The notes under the pieces: model-generated
The model's input: the letters and a program-made list of their open reading frames with translations, nothing else
What the model was told of the DNA's origin: nothing
Databases searched by the model: none
Origin: an uncultured Gammaproteobacteria bacterium
Lineage (GTDB): Bacteria > Pseudomonadota > Gammaproteobacteria > Magnimaribacterales > D2472
Direction: 5' to 3'
Length of the DNA stretch: 64,000 nt
Assembly (NCBI GenBank): GCA_964613455.1
Contig: CAZTGS010000002.1
Span: 14,425 to 78,424 of the forward strand
Part shown: one piece after another, positions 29,663 through 39,644 of the stretch
Layout: every line of letters starts with the position of its first letter
Position numbering within the stretch: position 1 is the first letter of the stretch
Translations under genes and position numbers: made by a program

Positions 29663-30965
29663 ATTTATATTCTATAAAGTCAATTAACATCCTACCATTA
29701 TCTGGGTTTTCTAAATTAGAACACGCTTCGTTATTACAATACATTGATGGGTCGACTGAACCACCATCATAGTCACCGCCAGATGCAACATTCAGTATTA
29801 AAAAAAATTCCTCATTAAATGGGTAGTAATTATTATTAAATTCGGTTGAATCAGATGAAACATCAAAAAATGGAGTTTCTGCTGTATCCATAAACATTTT
29901 CATCGAATTCTCTGTCCATTTAAATGTTATTGAATGAAACTTATCATGAAAATTTACAGACATTGGAACCGTTTCATTTCTATTAATCATCTCTCTATTG
30001 GATGATGAGCCAAAATGAATTGTAGAACCAACTTCTGTAGATACCCTTCCCTTTGCTTCCATAATATCTATTTCACCATCATACGGCCACGTTTTAGTTC
30101 CCTCTATATTGCCTTCATGTAAAAGCCATACTGCTGGCCAATGACCGGTTCCTTTTGGAACTTTAAAACATACTGTTAATTCAGAAGGTTGTTTAAATAG
30201 TTTCTTGCTCGAAGTCATAACTCTTGCAGATGTATATTCCCAGGTATATGCACAACTACCATCTAAGCAAAAAGGATCGTTAAAGACATTTGTATTATCA
30301 TAAATAGGTTGAATTTTTAAAAACCCATTCTCTAAAAATAGATTCTCAGTAGTGTTTAATGTCTCGTTATAATTTTTAGCATATCCGTTTCCGGGTCCAG
30401 TGTAGTATTGAAGCTCATTATTTCCCCATCCACCAATCCATGTTCCATCAGATGCATTAAAACCATTGCCTAATTGGTAAGTAAAAATATTAGAATTGAA
30501 TGTATTAGAATTGAAATTTTCTATCCAATATTCGTTAGAGTCATTTGAGGGATTTCTGCAGTAAGAATTCTTATCTTCGTTATAAATATCAGATGCATCT
30601 GAATCCGTTACCACCACAGTAATAGTTTTAGATGCAGATAAAGTCCCGCTTTGACCAGAACATGTAAGAATAAAAGTGTATGTTTTAATTGAGTTTAATA
30701 TTAAATCTTCTGATCCACTTAATGATTTATTGCCACTCCAATCACCAGAGGCCTCGCATGATGAGGTGTTTGAAGTTAACCAGTTAAGTGTAGTCGCATT
30801 ACTGATCTCAAGTTCCTCTGGGGTTGCAGAAAAAGAAGTTATCACTGGTGACAATACTGGAGCCATGTCTGGAGTTGAGGAAGACCCGCCCATGCCACCG
30901 CCTCCACAAGAGACTATAAAAAAAGAAATATATAATCTAGTAAAGAATTTATACAAATAATTCAT
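29652..30965 (-). CDS. GH16 family beta-glucanase (laminarinase-like) lipoprotein
   Basis: 437 aa. It has a lipobox FIVSC followed by a Gly/Ser linker, an Ig-like module of about 90 aa, and a GH16 catalytic motif in WPYDGEIDIMEAKG (ExDxxE). Confidence 0.85.
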   Translation of the reverse strand: MNYLYKFFTRLYISFFIVSCGGGGMGGSSSTPDMAPVLSPVITSFSATPEELEISNATTLNWLTSNTSSCEASGDWSGNKSLSGSEDLILNSIKTYTFILTCSGQSGTLSASKTITVVVTDSDASDIYNEDKNSYCRNPSNDSNEYWIENFNSNTFNSNIFTYQLGNGFNASDGTWIGGWGNNELQYYTGPGNGYAKNYNETLNTTENLFLENGFLKIQPIYDNTNVFNDPFCLDGSCAYTWEYTSARVMTSSKKLFKQPSELTVCFKVPKGTGHWPAVWLLHEGNIEGTKTWPYDGEIDIMEAKGRVSTEVGSTIHFGSSSNREMINRNETVPMSVNFHDKFHSITFKWTENSMKMFMDTAETPFFDVSSDSTEFNNNYYPFNEEFFLILNVASGGDYDGGSVDPSMYCNNEACSNLENPDNGRMLIDFIEYKSID

Positions 30966-30974
30966 AAAAAAAAT

Positions 30975-32681
30975 TTAGGAATTATTATTTTTTATAAACT
31001 CATTTGTTAAATCTTTCATTTCATCTCTTAAAACAAAGAGTGCTATTAAGTTTGGAATAGAGACTAAAGCAACAACTACATAAGCTATATTCCAAACTAT
31101 TGTTGTATCAATAACAGCTGCTGAAATAAAGCATAAGACATAAAAATTACGATACCAAAATACGCCTCTTTCTCCAAAAATATATGCAGTAGATCTATCT
31201 CCGTAGTAACACCATGTGATTGCAGTTGAAAATGCAAACAATAATAAAGCTATTGCAACTAACTTACCTCCATAGTCACCAAGTATTCCGTTTGAGAAAG
31301 CTTTTGCTGTTAATTCAGCAGAACTTACTAGAGATTTTCCCTCAAAGGCTACAGTATCATTAAAAGTTTCAGAGCTATCAACGAATGAAGCGGAGTTTAC
31401 TTTTCCATCTACTATATTTAATAATCCATTGAATGGATTATTATCAGAGCCTTTAACTGTTATGTTTTCAGCAATAGATCTTAAATGAATAACGGTAATA
31501 TTATCGCCTAATATTTTACCGTCTTTAATTTCTATAGATCCATTAAATTCTTTAACATTAGAGTCAATATTTTGAACATATTTAGTTAATTCATTGATAT
31601 GTTCTGGATAAAGAAAACTTTCATCTTTATTTACTTCATCACTATAGGTGCCATCCAAAATAATCATATCTGTTTTAGAAAAGTTGGTATCAAACTTTTC
31701 AGTCCAAACACCACTTGATAAAATAACTAAAGCTGTAACAGTACATACAACAATGGTATCTATGAATGGTTCTAAAATTGAAACTACACCCTGATCAATC
31801 GATTTATTTTTTGACGATGCATGAGCTATTGGAGATGAACCTTGACCAGCTTCATTTGAATATAAGCCTCTAGCTACACCGTATTTTAAGCTCATTGCAA
31901 AACTAGCACCCAAAAAACCACCCATAGCAGCAGAACCAGTGAAAACCTGTCCAAATATGGCGTTGAAAGAAGGAATAATATTTTGATAATTTTCAACAAG
32001 GATAATCAAAGCTCCGCCAAAATATATTAACCCCATTATAGGAATAATCTTACTTGTAACAGATGCAATTCTTTTTATGCCGCCTATTATTATAATCCAT
32101 AATAAAATACCAAGAAATAAACCAGTAAATAGTTTTGGTACAGCAAATTCAGTATTCATTACCAGAGCTATATTATTTATTTGCGGCATATTTCCAGAAC
32201 CAATCGCAGTAATCATCATTAAGAACGCAAAAAGGATACCTGCCCATTTCATATTTAAGGCATGCTCTATGTAATACATAGGGCCACCAGAAATTGAGCC
32301 ATCTTCAAGATTAGTTCTATATTTATGACCTAAAGTTACTTCAACAAATTTTGTTGTCATCCCAAAGATAGCAGTAATCCACATCCAAAAGATAGCAGCC
32401 GGACCTCCAGTCCAAATAGCCAAAGCAACACCACCTATGTTTCCAGTGCCAATAGCACCTGACATTGCGGTTGTTAGAGCCTCAAATCCAGTTGTTTCTC
32501 CCTCTCCATCAGATTTTTTATTACCAGATACCAATTTCCATGCTTTACCAAAAAATCTAAATTGCGGAAATCCTAGATAAATAGTAAAAAATATGCCGGT
32601 GCCTATTAGTAAAGCTGGGAACCACCATGATCCACTCAAGTTGCTATCTAATAATATTAAAAAATCATTAAATTGTTCCAT
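30975..32681 (-). CDS. sodium:alanine (AGCS family) symporter with a large hydrophilic insertion
   Basis: 568 aa with AGCS blocks (SGAIGTGNIGGVA, YSNEAGQGSSPIAHA, FAFSTAITWCYYG). It carries an extra soluble segment of about 125 aa at about aa 326-452. Confidence 0.9.
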   Translation of the reverse strand: MEQFNDFLILLDSNLSGSWWFPALLIGTGIFFTIYLGFPQFRFFGKAWKLVSGNKKSDGEGETTGFEALTTAMSGAIGTGNIGGVALAIWTGGPAAIFWMWITAIFGMTTKFVEVTLGHKYRTNLEDGSISGGPMYYIEHALNMKWAGILFAFLMMITAIGSGNMPQINNIALVMNTEFAVPKLFTGLFLGILLWIIIIGGIKRIASVTSKIIPIMGLIYFGGALIILVENYQNIIPSFNAIFGQVFTGSAAMGGFLGASFAMSLKYGVARGLYSNEAGQGSSPIAHASSKNKSIDQGVVSILEPFIDTIVVCTVTALVILSSGVWTEKFDTNFSKTDMIILDGTYSDEVNKDESFLYPEHINELTKYVQNIDSNVKEFNGSIEIKDGKILGDNITVIHLRSIAENITVKGSDNNPFNGLLNIVDGKVNSASFVDSSETFNDTVAFEGKSLVSSAELTAKAFSNGILGDYGGKLVAIALLLFAFSTAITWCYYGDRSTAYIFGERGVFWYRNFYVLCFISAAVIDTTIVWNIAYVVVALVSIPNLIALFVLRDEMKDLTNEFIKNNNS

Positions 32682-32684
32682 AAT

Positions 32685-32912
32685 TTATTCCTTGTTGCTC
32701 GCCCATGCTTCTAATTCTGTATAACCACCAATACTATCACCATTAATCTTTATTTGGGGAAACGTTCTAGCTGTAGGAAATAAATCAAAAAAATCTTCTC
32801 GTGTAAATTCTTCATCTAGTTGTTTATATTTATATTCATAGCCTTCTCGCTCACATAAAGACTTAGCTTTATCGCAGTATGGACAAAATGTTTTTCCGTA
32901 TATTTCAATCAT
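32685..32912 (-). CDS. glutaredoxin
   Basis: 75 aa with a CPYC active site and a C-terminal GG motif. Confidence 0.85.
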   Translation of the reverse strand: MIEIYGKTFCPYCDKAKSLCEREGYEYKYKQLDEEFTREDFFDLFPTARTFPQIKINGDSIGGYTELEAWASNKE

Positions 32913-32952
32913 GTTAGTATTTAATAATTAATAACCAATTATAGTCATAAAA

Positions 32953-33720
32953 ATGTCATTATTTAACCTTAAAGATAAATCAATTTTAATAACAGGGTCC
33001 TCAAGAGGAATAGGAAAATCTATTGCTCGACATTCTGCTTTAATGGGGGCAAATGTAATTATATCTTCCCGCAAGATAGATGCATGCAAATCTACAGCTA
33101 AGGAAATAAATGACGAAATAGGTAAAGAAGTAGCATTCCCTATTGAATGTAATATTGGGGATGAAAATCAGTTGGGAAATCTTGTAGATGAAACGACAAG
33201 ATTATTGGGGGGAATTGATGTGCTTGTTTGTAATGCTGCAACTAATACATACATGGGATCAATGTTAGATATGTCAAATGAACAATTTGATAAAGTTATG
33301 CATAACAATATTAGATCTAATCAATTATTATGCAATTTGTGTTTACCTGGAATGGTAGAAAAGAAAGACGGATCAATAATAATTATTTCAAGCATAGCTG
33401 CCATAAAGGGTAGTTCAATTCTAGGTGCTTATAATATTAGTAAAGCTGCAGATGTAATGATTGTAAAAAATATTGCTGCAGAATTTGGTAGTAAAAACAT
33501 AAGAGCTAATACAATTGCGCCAGGTTTAATAAAGACTGACTTTGCTAAGGCCTTATGGGAGAACCCAGATATTCTTAAAACAGTACTAAGGACTACGCCA
33601 ATGCAAAGAATTGGTGAGCCTGATGAAATCGCAGGCGTTGCTGTAATGCTAGCATCAGATGCTGGTAATTATATAAACGGTCAGACTATTGTTGTGGATG
33701 GTGGAACGACTATAGCTTAA
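32953..33720 (+). CDS. SDR-family oxidoreductase
   Basis: 255 aa with TGSSRGIGKSIA, NAA and the YxxxK motif in YNISKAA. Confidence 0.85.
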   Translation: MSLFNLKDKSILITGSSRGIGKSIARHSALMGANVIISSRKIDACKSTAKEINDEIGKEVAFPIECNIGDENQLGNLVDETTRLLGGIDVLVCNAATNTYMGSMLDMSNEQFDKVMHNNIRSNQLLCNLCLPGMVEKKDGSIIIISSIAAIKGSSILGAYNISKAADVMIVKNIAAEFGSKNIRANTIAPGLIKTDFAKALWENPDILKTVLRTTPMQRIGEPDEIAGVAVMLASDAGNYINGQTIVVDGGTTIA

Positions 33721-34690
33721 TTGACTGTTTTAGCTCACTAAAAAAATAGTTAAGTACGTGTGTTTCATTTATAGAAGATACTTTATAAAAATCAAATCTT
33801 AGTTGATTAAGTTCATCAACAATATTTGATATTTTAAGTTTGTTAAAAGAAGTATCGTTAAAAAGTTTATAAGACCCGCTTAATTGATTTTCTGTGATCT
33901 TAGACATTAATAATATCTTTAAGAATTCAACTAAATAATTAACCTTATCAATAAAATTAATCTCTAAATCACTAAATAACTTGATTGCCTGTAATTGATC
34001 TACATTACCTAAGGTAAAATCATTCATTATAACTATGAATTCTTTATATGAGTTTTGATTATCATTTTGAATATCTTCCATTATCTTTAGTGGAGTAGAA
34101 AAACTTGGAAAATCCAAAGCGGAATAATCGGATATACCTGCATCAATTAGCCATTCATTAGTCTGCTGATTTGATAGATTTTTAATATTTATAGTCTGAC
34201 ACCTGCTATAAATTGTTTCATTTAGTGCCTTGGGTCTATTTGTTGTCATAATAATATATGAATATGGTGCTGGCTCTTCAAGTGACTTAAGTAATGCGTT
34301 TTGAGCTGCATTATTCATTAAATCTGCATTTAATATTAAAACAACTTTATTTTTTGAAATGGATGGGGTCAGGGTTAAAAATGAAACAACATCTCTGAAT
34401 CCTTTCTCGTCATCCCAGTTCTTACTTTCTTTTCTTCTACTAATATCATTAACGCCTAATTTATCTTTATCTAGTAGGTACATATCAGGATGATTGTTTT
34501 TATTTAATAAATTTAAATGTTCTTCATTAATTTTATTCTCGAAATTCATAATGATTTCATTGGAAATCTTTTTTGCAAGCAAACTTTTACCAATACCTAA
34601 AGGGCCGTTGATAATAATTCCATGAGGAAGATTTTTAAAATTTATAGACTTATATAAATCATCTAACCACTTGTATTTGGATAGATTCAT
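33710..34690 (-). CDS. holB: DNA polymerase III subunit delta-prime
   Basis: 326 aa with a P-loop-like GPLGIGKSLLA and the SRC motif (YSRCQ). It sits after tmk. Confidence 0.85.
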   Translation of the reverse strand: MNLSKYKWLDDLYKSINFKNLPHGIIINGPLGIGKSLLAKKISNEIIMNFENKINEEHLNLLNKNNHPDMYLLDKDKLGVNDISRRKESKNWDDEKGFRDVVSFLTLTPSISKNKVVLILNADLMNNAAQNALLKSLEEPAPYSYIIMTTNRPKALNETIYSRCQTINIKNLSNQQTNEWLIDAGISDYSALDFPSFSTPLKIMEDIQNDNQNSYKEFIVIMNDFTLGNVDQLQAIKLFSDLEINFIDKVNYLVEFLKILLMSKITENQLSGSYKLFNDTSFNKLKISNIVDELNQLRFDFYKVSSINETHVLNYFFSELKQSIKL

Positions 34691-35283
34691 AAAATTGAAG
34701 CTAGCGCACCGAGGACAGATTTATGAATCGCATTAATTTCCATATTGGCGTCAATAATCTTAAATCTTGAATTCTTTACATTTGCGATTTCAAGATAGCC
34801 ATTTCTTACATTTTCAAAAAACTCATTGCCAGATGATTCAATTCTATCCTTAACATCGCCAGTCTTTCTCTTAAAGCCCTCTTCTACAGTTATATCCAGT
34901 AATAATGTTAGATTTGGTTCAGGACATTTTGTAAAATCAATTAGCCTTTCTATAAAATCTAAAGAAAGACCTCTTCCATAACCTTGATATGCTATTGATG
35001 CATCATAAAATCTGTCAAAAAGAATAAAATCTAATTCAGTACTACTTACTTTTTCATGAATCAACTGAGCTCTAGCAGAGAACATAAGCAATAATTCTGT
35101 TTCAGAAGATAGGGATTCAGATGAGTTTAATAAAATATTTCTAATTTGTTCACCTGTTTTAGTTGAACCTGGTTCTCTTAAAATCTCTGTTGAGTAACCA
35201 TTCTCAATTAAGTAGTCTTTTAATAAATTTATTTGCGTTGATTTCCCTACCCCCTCAATGCCTTCAAAACTGATTAGCTTCAT
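34687..35283 (-). CDS. tmk: thymidylate kinase
   Basis: 198 aa with FEGIEGVGKSTQ and a DRF...SIAYQG block. Confidence 0.93.
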   Translation of the reverse strand: MKLISFEGIEGVGKSTQINLLKDYLIENGYSTEILREPGSTKTGEQIRNILLNSSESLSSETELLLMFSARAQLIHEKVSSTELDFILFDRFYDASIAYQGYGRGLSLDFIERLIDFTKCPEPNLTLLLDITVEEGFKRKTGDVKDRIESSGNEFFENVRNGYLEIANVKNSRFKIIDANMEINAIHKSVLGALASIL

Positions 35284-36236
35284 TTGTCTAAGCCTAGTTT
35301 TTTAATCATCATTAGGTGCTCATCATATGTTTTAGAAAAGTAATGAGATCTTGGAGAATCTGCAACAAAAAATAAAAAATCTCCTGGCGTACTTAATATA
35401 GCGGCTTCAATAGAACTAATTGAAGCATTTGAAATCGGAGTTGGTGGAAGACCTTTAATCATGTAAGTATTATATAAATTTTTTTTATTAAGAATATCAG
35501 ATTTTTTAATATCCCCATTAAAATTTGGCAATAAACCATAGATTATTGTTGGATCAGCCTGAAGTCTCATACCTAGATTCATTCGTTTAAGAAATACGCC
35601 GGCTATTAACGATTTTTCATTATTATTACCTGCTTCTTTTTCGATAATTGAAGCCAAAACTAATGCTTCGAATTTATTTTTTAATGGGTTTTCTATTGGT
35701 TTTTTAAGCCAAATTTTTGAAAGCATACTATCTAGCGAATTATGACTTTTCTGAAGAATTAAAGATGCGGGTACATTTTTTTTATAAAAGTATGTTTCTG
35801 GCAATAAGATGCCCTCTTTAAATGGGTAATTGGTATTAATACAATTAAGAAAGCTGCAGTCACTATTAAAGGAACTCCTATTTATTTCTTCTTGTAATTC
35901 ATAAATATTAGAACCTTCAATAACTGTAAATTTATGAGTAAAAGTATCGCCTTTATTAAATGAAATAAATAAGTCTTCAAGTTTTTTATTATGAATTTTA
36001 TATTCGCCTACCTTAAAATTTTCAATAGACTCTATAGTTATAAATAACTTGAAGAGAGCTTTATTTACAAATGAAATGGGTGCTACTTTTGTTAATACTT
36101 TTTCCATAGAGTCGCCCTTGTCAATATATACAAGGGTGTCATCAATCAATGGCTGATAGTTTTTAAAAGCTTTATATGGTCCAGCAACAGATAGAACTAA
36201 GAACGCAAAAACTAGGAATAAATATAATATTCTCAT
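35280..36236 (-). CDS. mltG: endolytic murein transglycosylase MltG (YceG family)
   Basis: 318 aa with an N-terminal TM helix and the ASIIEKEA, LQADPTIIYG and YNTYMIKGLPPTPI motifs. Confidence 0.9.
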   Translation of the reverse strand: MRILYLFLVFAFLVLSVAGPYKAFKNYQPLIDDTLVYIDKGDSMEKVLTKVAPISFVNKALFKLFITIESIENFKVGEYKIHNKKLEDLFISFNKGDTFTHKFTVIEGSNIYELQEEINRSSFNSDCSFLNCINTNYPFKEGILLPETYFYKKNVPASLILQKSHNSLDSMLSKIWLKKPIENPLKNKFEALVLASIIEKEAGNNNEKSLIAGVFLKRMNLGMRLQADPTIIYGLLPNFNGDIKKSDILNKKNLYNTYMIKGLPPTPISNASISSIEAAILSTPGDFLFFVADSPRSHYFSKTYDEHLMMIKKLGLDK

Positions 36237-36300
36237 AGATCAGGAGTAATGCTAAAAATTTCCAAGAGCAGTCTCCTTAGAAAATAAAAAGAACAAATTT

Positions 36301-36327
36301 AAAACTACAACAGAAAGTTGTAGTTTT
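36301..36327 (-). terminator. rho-independent terminator after acpP
   Basis: Perfect 11-bp stem AAAACTACAAC/GTTGTAGTTTT with a 5-nt loop. On the minus strand it is followed by a T-rich tract. Confidence 0.7.
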
Positions 36328-36337
36328 AATAGAAATA

Positions 36338-36568
36338 CTACGAATTGGAATTAATGTAACTTACAGCTTCGTTAACAGTTGAAATTTTTTCTGCATCTTC
36401 ATCAGCAATTTCAAGATCAAACTCTTCTTCAAGCGCCATAACTAATTCAACGGTGTCTAGTGAATCAGCACCAAGATCATCTACAAATGATGAATCACTT
36501 TGTATTTCATCCATGGCTGTACCAAGTTGATCACTAACAATTTTTTTGACTCTATCTTCGACACTCAT
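36338..36568 (-). CDS. acpP: acyl carrier protein
   Basis: 76 aa with the [20 protein letters not shown] motif. Confidence 0.97.
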   Translation of the reverse strand: MSVEDRVKKIVSDQLGTAMDEIQSDSSFVDDLGADSLDTVELVMALEEEFDLEIADEDAEKISTVNEAVSYINSNS

Positions 36569-36627
36569 AATAACTCCCTATTGAAAAAACAACATTTTAC
36601 ATCTATTAGTAAGAAGTTGCACATTTC

Positions 36628-37344
36628 TTAATACATAAATAAACCACCATCTACAGAAATGGTTTGTCCTGTTATATAAGAAGCATTTTCACTAGATAAG
36701 AAAATTACTAATTCAGATATATCATTTACAGAACCTAGTCTTGCAAGCGGGATTCCTTTAATAATTTCTTTCTTGGCATGATCGTCCATGTAAGAGGTCA
36801 TATCTGTTTCAATAAAACCTGGAGCTACTGAGTTAACAGTGATTCCTCGAGATCCGATTTCTTTAGCTAGAGATTTGGTAAAACCATTCAATCCTGCTTT
36901 TGCAGAAGAATAATTAACTTGTCCAGGATTACCCATTAAGCCCGATACAGATGAGATATTTATGATACGACCATATTTATTCTTAATCATATTTTTTATA
37001 AATGCTTTAGTAATATTAAATGTTCCTGTTAGATTCGTATCTAAGACATCATCCCAGTCATCATCTTTCATTCTAAGAAATAATTGATCAGATGTTATGC
37101 CTGCATTGTTGATAACTATCGAAGGCATTAAATTTTTATCTTTTAAGTTCTTTACACATTCAGTTATGGATTCTCTTGATGTGATATCAAGTTTGATTGG
37201 AATTAAATTCTCTGAATTGTTATCAAATATGAATTCACTCCTAGAGGTCCCAATGACAGTATGACCAAGAGATGCAAAGTGATTTGCTATAGAAAGCCCT
37301 ATTCCTTTTGATGCACCAGAAATAAATACAATTTCTTTCTTCAT
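36628..37344 (-). CDS. fabG: 3-oxoacyl-ACP reductase
   Basis: 238 aa SDR with GASKGIG and YSSAKAG, in fab cluster context. Confidence 0.92.
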   Translation of the reverse strand: MKKEIVFISGASKGIGLSIANHFASLGHTVIGTSRSEFIFDNNSENLIPIKLDITSRESITECVKNLKDKNLMPSIVINNAGITSDQLFLRMKDDDWDDVLDTNLTGTFNITKAFIKNMIKNKYGRIINISSVSGLMGNPGQVNYSSAKAGLNGFTKSLAKEIGSRGITVNSVAPGFIETDMTSYMDDHAKKEIIKGIPLARLGSVNDISELVIFLSSENASYITGQTISVDGGLFMY

Positions 37345-38261
37345 GTTAGATTGTAAAACTCTTCCTCAAAATTTTCAGATGACATAGATAATATATTATC
37401 TAAACCGTTAGCTTTAGCAAGACTTGATAAAACTCTACCCGGACCACATTCTATAATTATTCCATCGAAATCTTTGATATGTTTCATAGTTTTTAACCAT
37501 TGAACAGGAGAAGTAAGTTGTTTAGTTAAATTAACAGAAATGTTATTTGAATCTTTTCCAATTAAGCCATCTATATTATGTATAACGGGTATCAATGGCT
37601 TTGCAAAAGTAATATTTATCAACTCTTTTTCTAACAACTTCGATGCATCATTCATGAGAACACAATGTGAAGCAACACTTACATTTAATTTAACACATCT
37701 TTTAGCTCCTGCTTTCTTGCACTCATCTGCGGCAATTTGTGCAGAATCATGATGCCCGGCAATAACAATTTGATTTTCTGAATTTATATTTGCAGGACTT
37801 ACATCATTACCAGAGGATTTAGAAATATCTCTACATATATTATTAATAATCTCTATATCTAAATTTAGAATAGCGTACATAGAACCTTCTGGACAATTTT
37901 CCATGAATTTGCCCCTTTTATGAACAATGTTTAAGGCCTTTTTTATATCTAAACTATTTGATGCAACTAATGCTGAATATTCACCTAAAGAATGACCGGC
38001 TAAAATATCAGGAACAATAGTAGTAATTGATTTAAATTTTTTATAGTAAAGATATGAGGTGGCCAAGATAGCTGGCTGTGTAACAGATGTTTTATTTAAT
38101 AACTCATCAGGTCCGTTCTTGATAATATCAACTAAATCAAAGTCGAATATGTCACTAGAGATTGATGAAATTTCAGAAATATCCTCGGAGTTAAAACTTT
38201 TTAACATCCCAATAGATTGAGAGCCTTGACCAGGAAAAAGTAAACTGAGATGCCTAGGCAT
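37341..38261 (-). CDS. fabD: malonyl-CoA:ACP transacylase
   Basis: 306 aa with FPGQGSQ and the active-site GHSLGEYSA. Confidence 0.93.
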   Translation of the reverse strand: MPRHLSLLFPGQGSQSIGMLKSFNSEDISEISSISSDIFDFDLVDIIKNGPDELLNKTSVTQPAILATSYLYYKKFKSITTIVPDILAGHSLGEYSALVASNSLDIKKALNIVHKRGKFMENCPEGSMYAILNLDIEIINNICRDISKSSGNDVSPANINSENQIVIAGHHDSAQIAADECKKAGAKRCVKLNVSVASHCVLMNDASKLLEKELINITFAKPLIPVIHNIDGLIGKDSNNISVNLTKQLTSPVQWLKTMKHIKDFDGIIIECGPGRVLSSLAKANGLDNILSMSSENFEEEFYNLT

Positions 38262-38264
38262 TAT

Positions 38265-38474
38265 CTAAGCTGATGTTTCTTCGGCTTCTACTTTTTCTAC
38301 TTTTCTTAGATCCTTTACTAGTCTGCCTTTATAAAAACCATCTTTAGTCATTTGATGACGCGCGTGCTTTTCACCAGAGACTGGGTCTATAGATAGAGTA
38401 GATGCTGTTAATGAGTCATGAGACCTTCTTTGACCTCTTCTAGACCTTGTAACCTTACTTTTTTGAACTGCCAT
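38265..38474 (-). CDS. rpmF: 50S ribosomal protein L32
   Basis: [22 protein letters not shown] is a typical L32 N-terminus. 69 aa with a short acidic tail. Confidence 0.95.
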   Translation of the reverse strand: MAVQKSKVTRSRRGQRRSHDSLTASTLSIDPVSGEKHARHQMTKDGFYKGRLVKDLRKVEKVEAEETSA

Positions 38475-38532
38475 AGTTAACCCTTAAAAAAAATGTATCC
38501 TATCAAAATTATACAACTATTGGTAGATTTTT

Positions 38533-39450
38533 TTACTTTAATAAATCAAGTAGCTTATTAAAAGTGTTATCAGTTTCTGATCTTACTTTAATTGTTTTGT
38601 TATTTTGATCTTTAAATTTAATTTCCAAAGCATGCAGAGCCATCCTGTTTGTTTTTTTTATTAAATCTATTTTATTAAAAAGCCTGTCTCCGTATTTATC
38701 ATCGTTCACCACTGGGTGTCCAATATGACTGCTTTGAACTCTAATTTGATGAGTTCTTCCAGTAAATATTTCAATTTCAACTAGACAAGATTTATTTAGT
38801 TTTGTAAGTGGCTTGAATACAGAAGAAGAAATTTTTCCCTTTTCAGAGATAAAAGATTTTGTTTCTGTGTCAAATGATTTATCTATAAGAGCTTCAACTT
38901 TTGTAGTTTTTTTAAGATGCCCTTTAAGAATTGCAATGTATTTTTTACTTATATCTTTTGAGACAAGTAAATTATTAAAATGTTTGTTAGATTTTTTATT
39001 TTTAGACAAAACCAAACACCCTGACGTTTCTTTATCAATTCTGTGACATAAATCAATATCATCATTATATAAAGATCTCATTATTGAAATAATACCAATA
39101 TAACTTTTAGTTCCGCCATGAACTGCTATACCAGCTGGTTTATTTAATACAAGATAGTTATTATCTTCATAAATAATATTTTCTTTAATTTGCTTTGTTA
39201 ATAACTTAGGTATCACCTCAAGAGTCTTCTGGTTGTCATTGATATCATCTAAATAAGGTGGAATTCTAATAAGATCGCCAGTTTCAATTTTTCTGTGAGG
39301 CTTAATGCGACCAGAGTTAATCCTAACTTCACCTTTTCTTATAATGTTATATATTTTAGATTTTGGAACATTCTTGTAGATAGACAACAGAAAATTATCC
39401 AATCTTCTTCCAGAATTATCTTCATTGACTTCTATTTTTTTGACAGGCAT
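38533..39450 (-). CDS. rluC: 23S rRNA pseudouridine synthase RluC
   Basis: 305 aa. It has an S4 domain (RLDNFLLSIYKNVPKSKIYNIIRKGEVRIN) and an RluA-family catalytic block (HRIDKETSG). Divergent from rne, as in E. coli. Confidence 0.88.
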   Translation of the reverse strand: MPVKKIEVNEDNSGRRLDNFLLSIYKNVPKSKIYNIIRKGEVRINSGRIKPHRKIETGDLIRIPPYLDDINDNQKTLEVIPKLLTKQIKENIIYEDNNYLVLNKPAGIAVHGGTKSYIGIISIMRSLYNDDIDLCHRIDKETSGCLVLSKNKKSNKHFNNLLVSKDISKKYIAILKGHLKKTTKVEALIDKSFDTETKSFISEKGKISSSVFKPLTKLNKSCLVEIEIFTGRTHQIRVQSSHIGHPVVNDDKYGDRLFNKIDLIKKTNRMALHALEIKFKDQNNKTIKVRSETDNTFNKLLDLLK

Positions 39451-39480
39451 GTGACAAATCTATAGGATATGCTGGTAAAT

Positions 39481-39553
39481 AACTAGAAAAACTAGTTAAA
39501 AAATTTAAAAGAAAGATAAATACAACAGTTTAATTACAACTCTTCAAAGAGTT
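39481..39553 (+). promoter_or_regulatory. two small hairpins in the rne 5' leader
   Basis: AACTAG-aaaaa-CTAGTT (39481-39497) and AACTCT-tcaa-AGAGTT (39538-39553), inside the 194-nt leader. Any regulatory role is inferred by analogy with E. coli rne autoregulation. Confidence 0.3.
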
Positions 39554-39644
39554 AATCATACAAGCAGAATGACGTAAGACTTGATGATAGAAGCTTAAAA
39601 TAAGCACACTGCTGACTTATCTTCCTATATTTAGGGAGAAAAAT

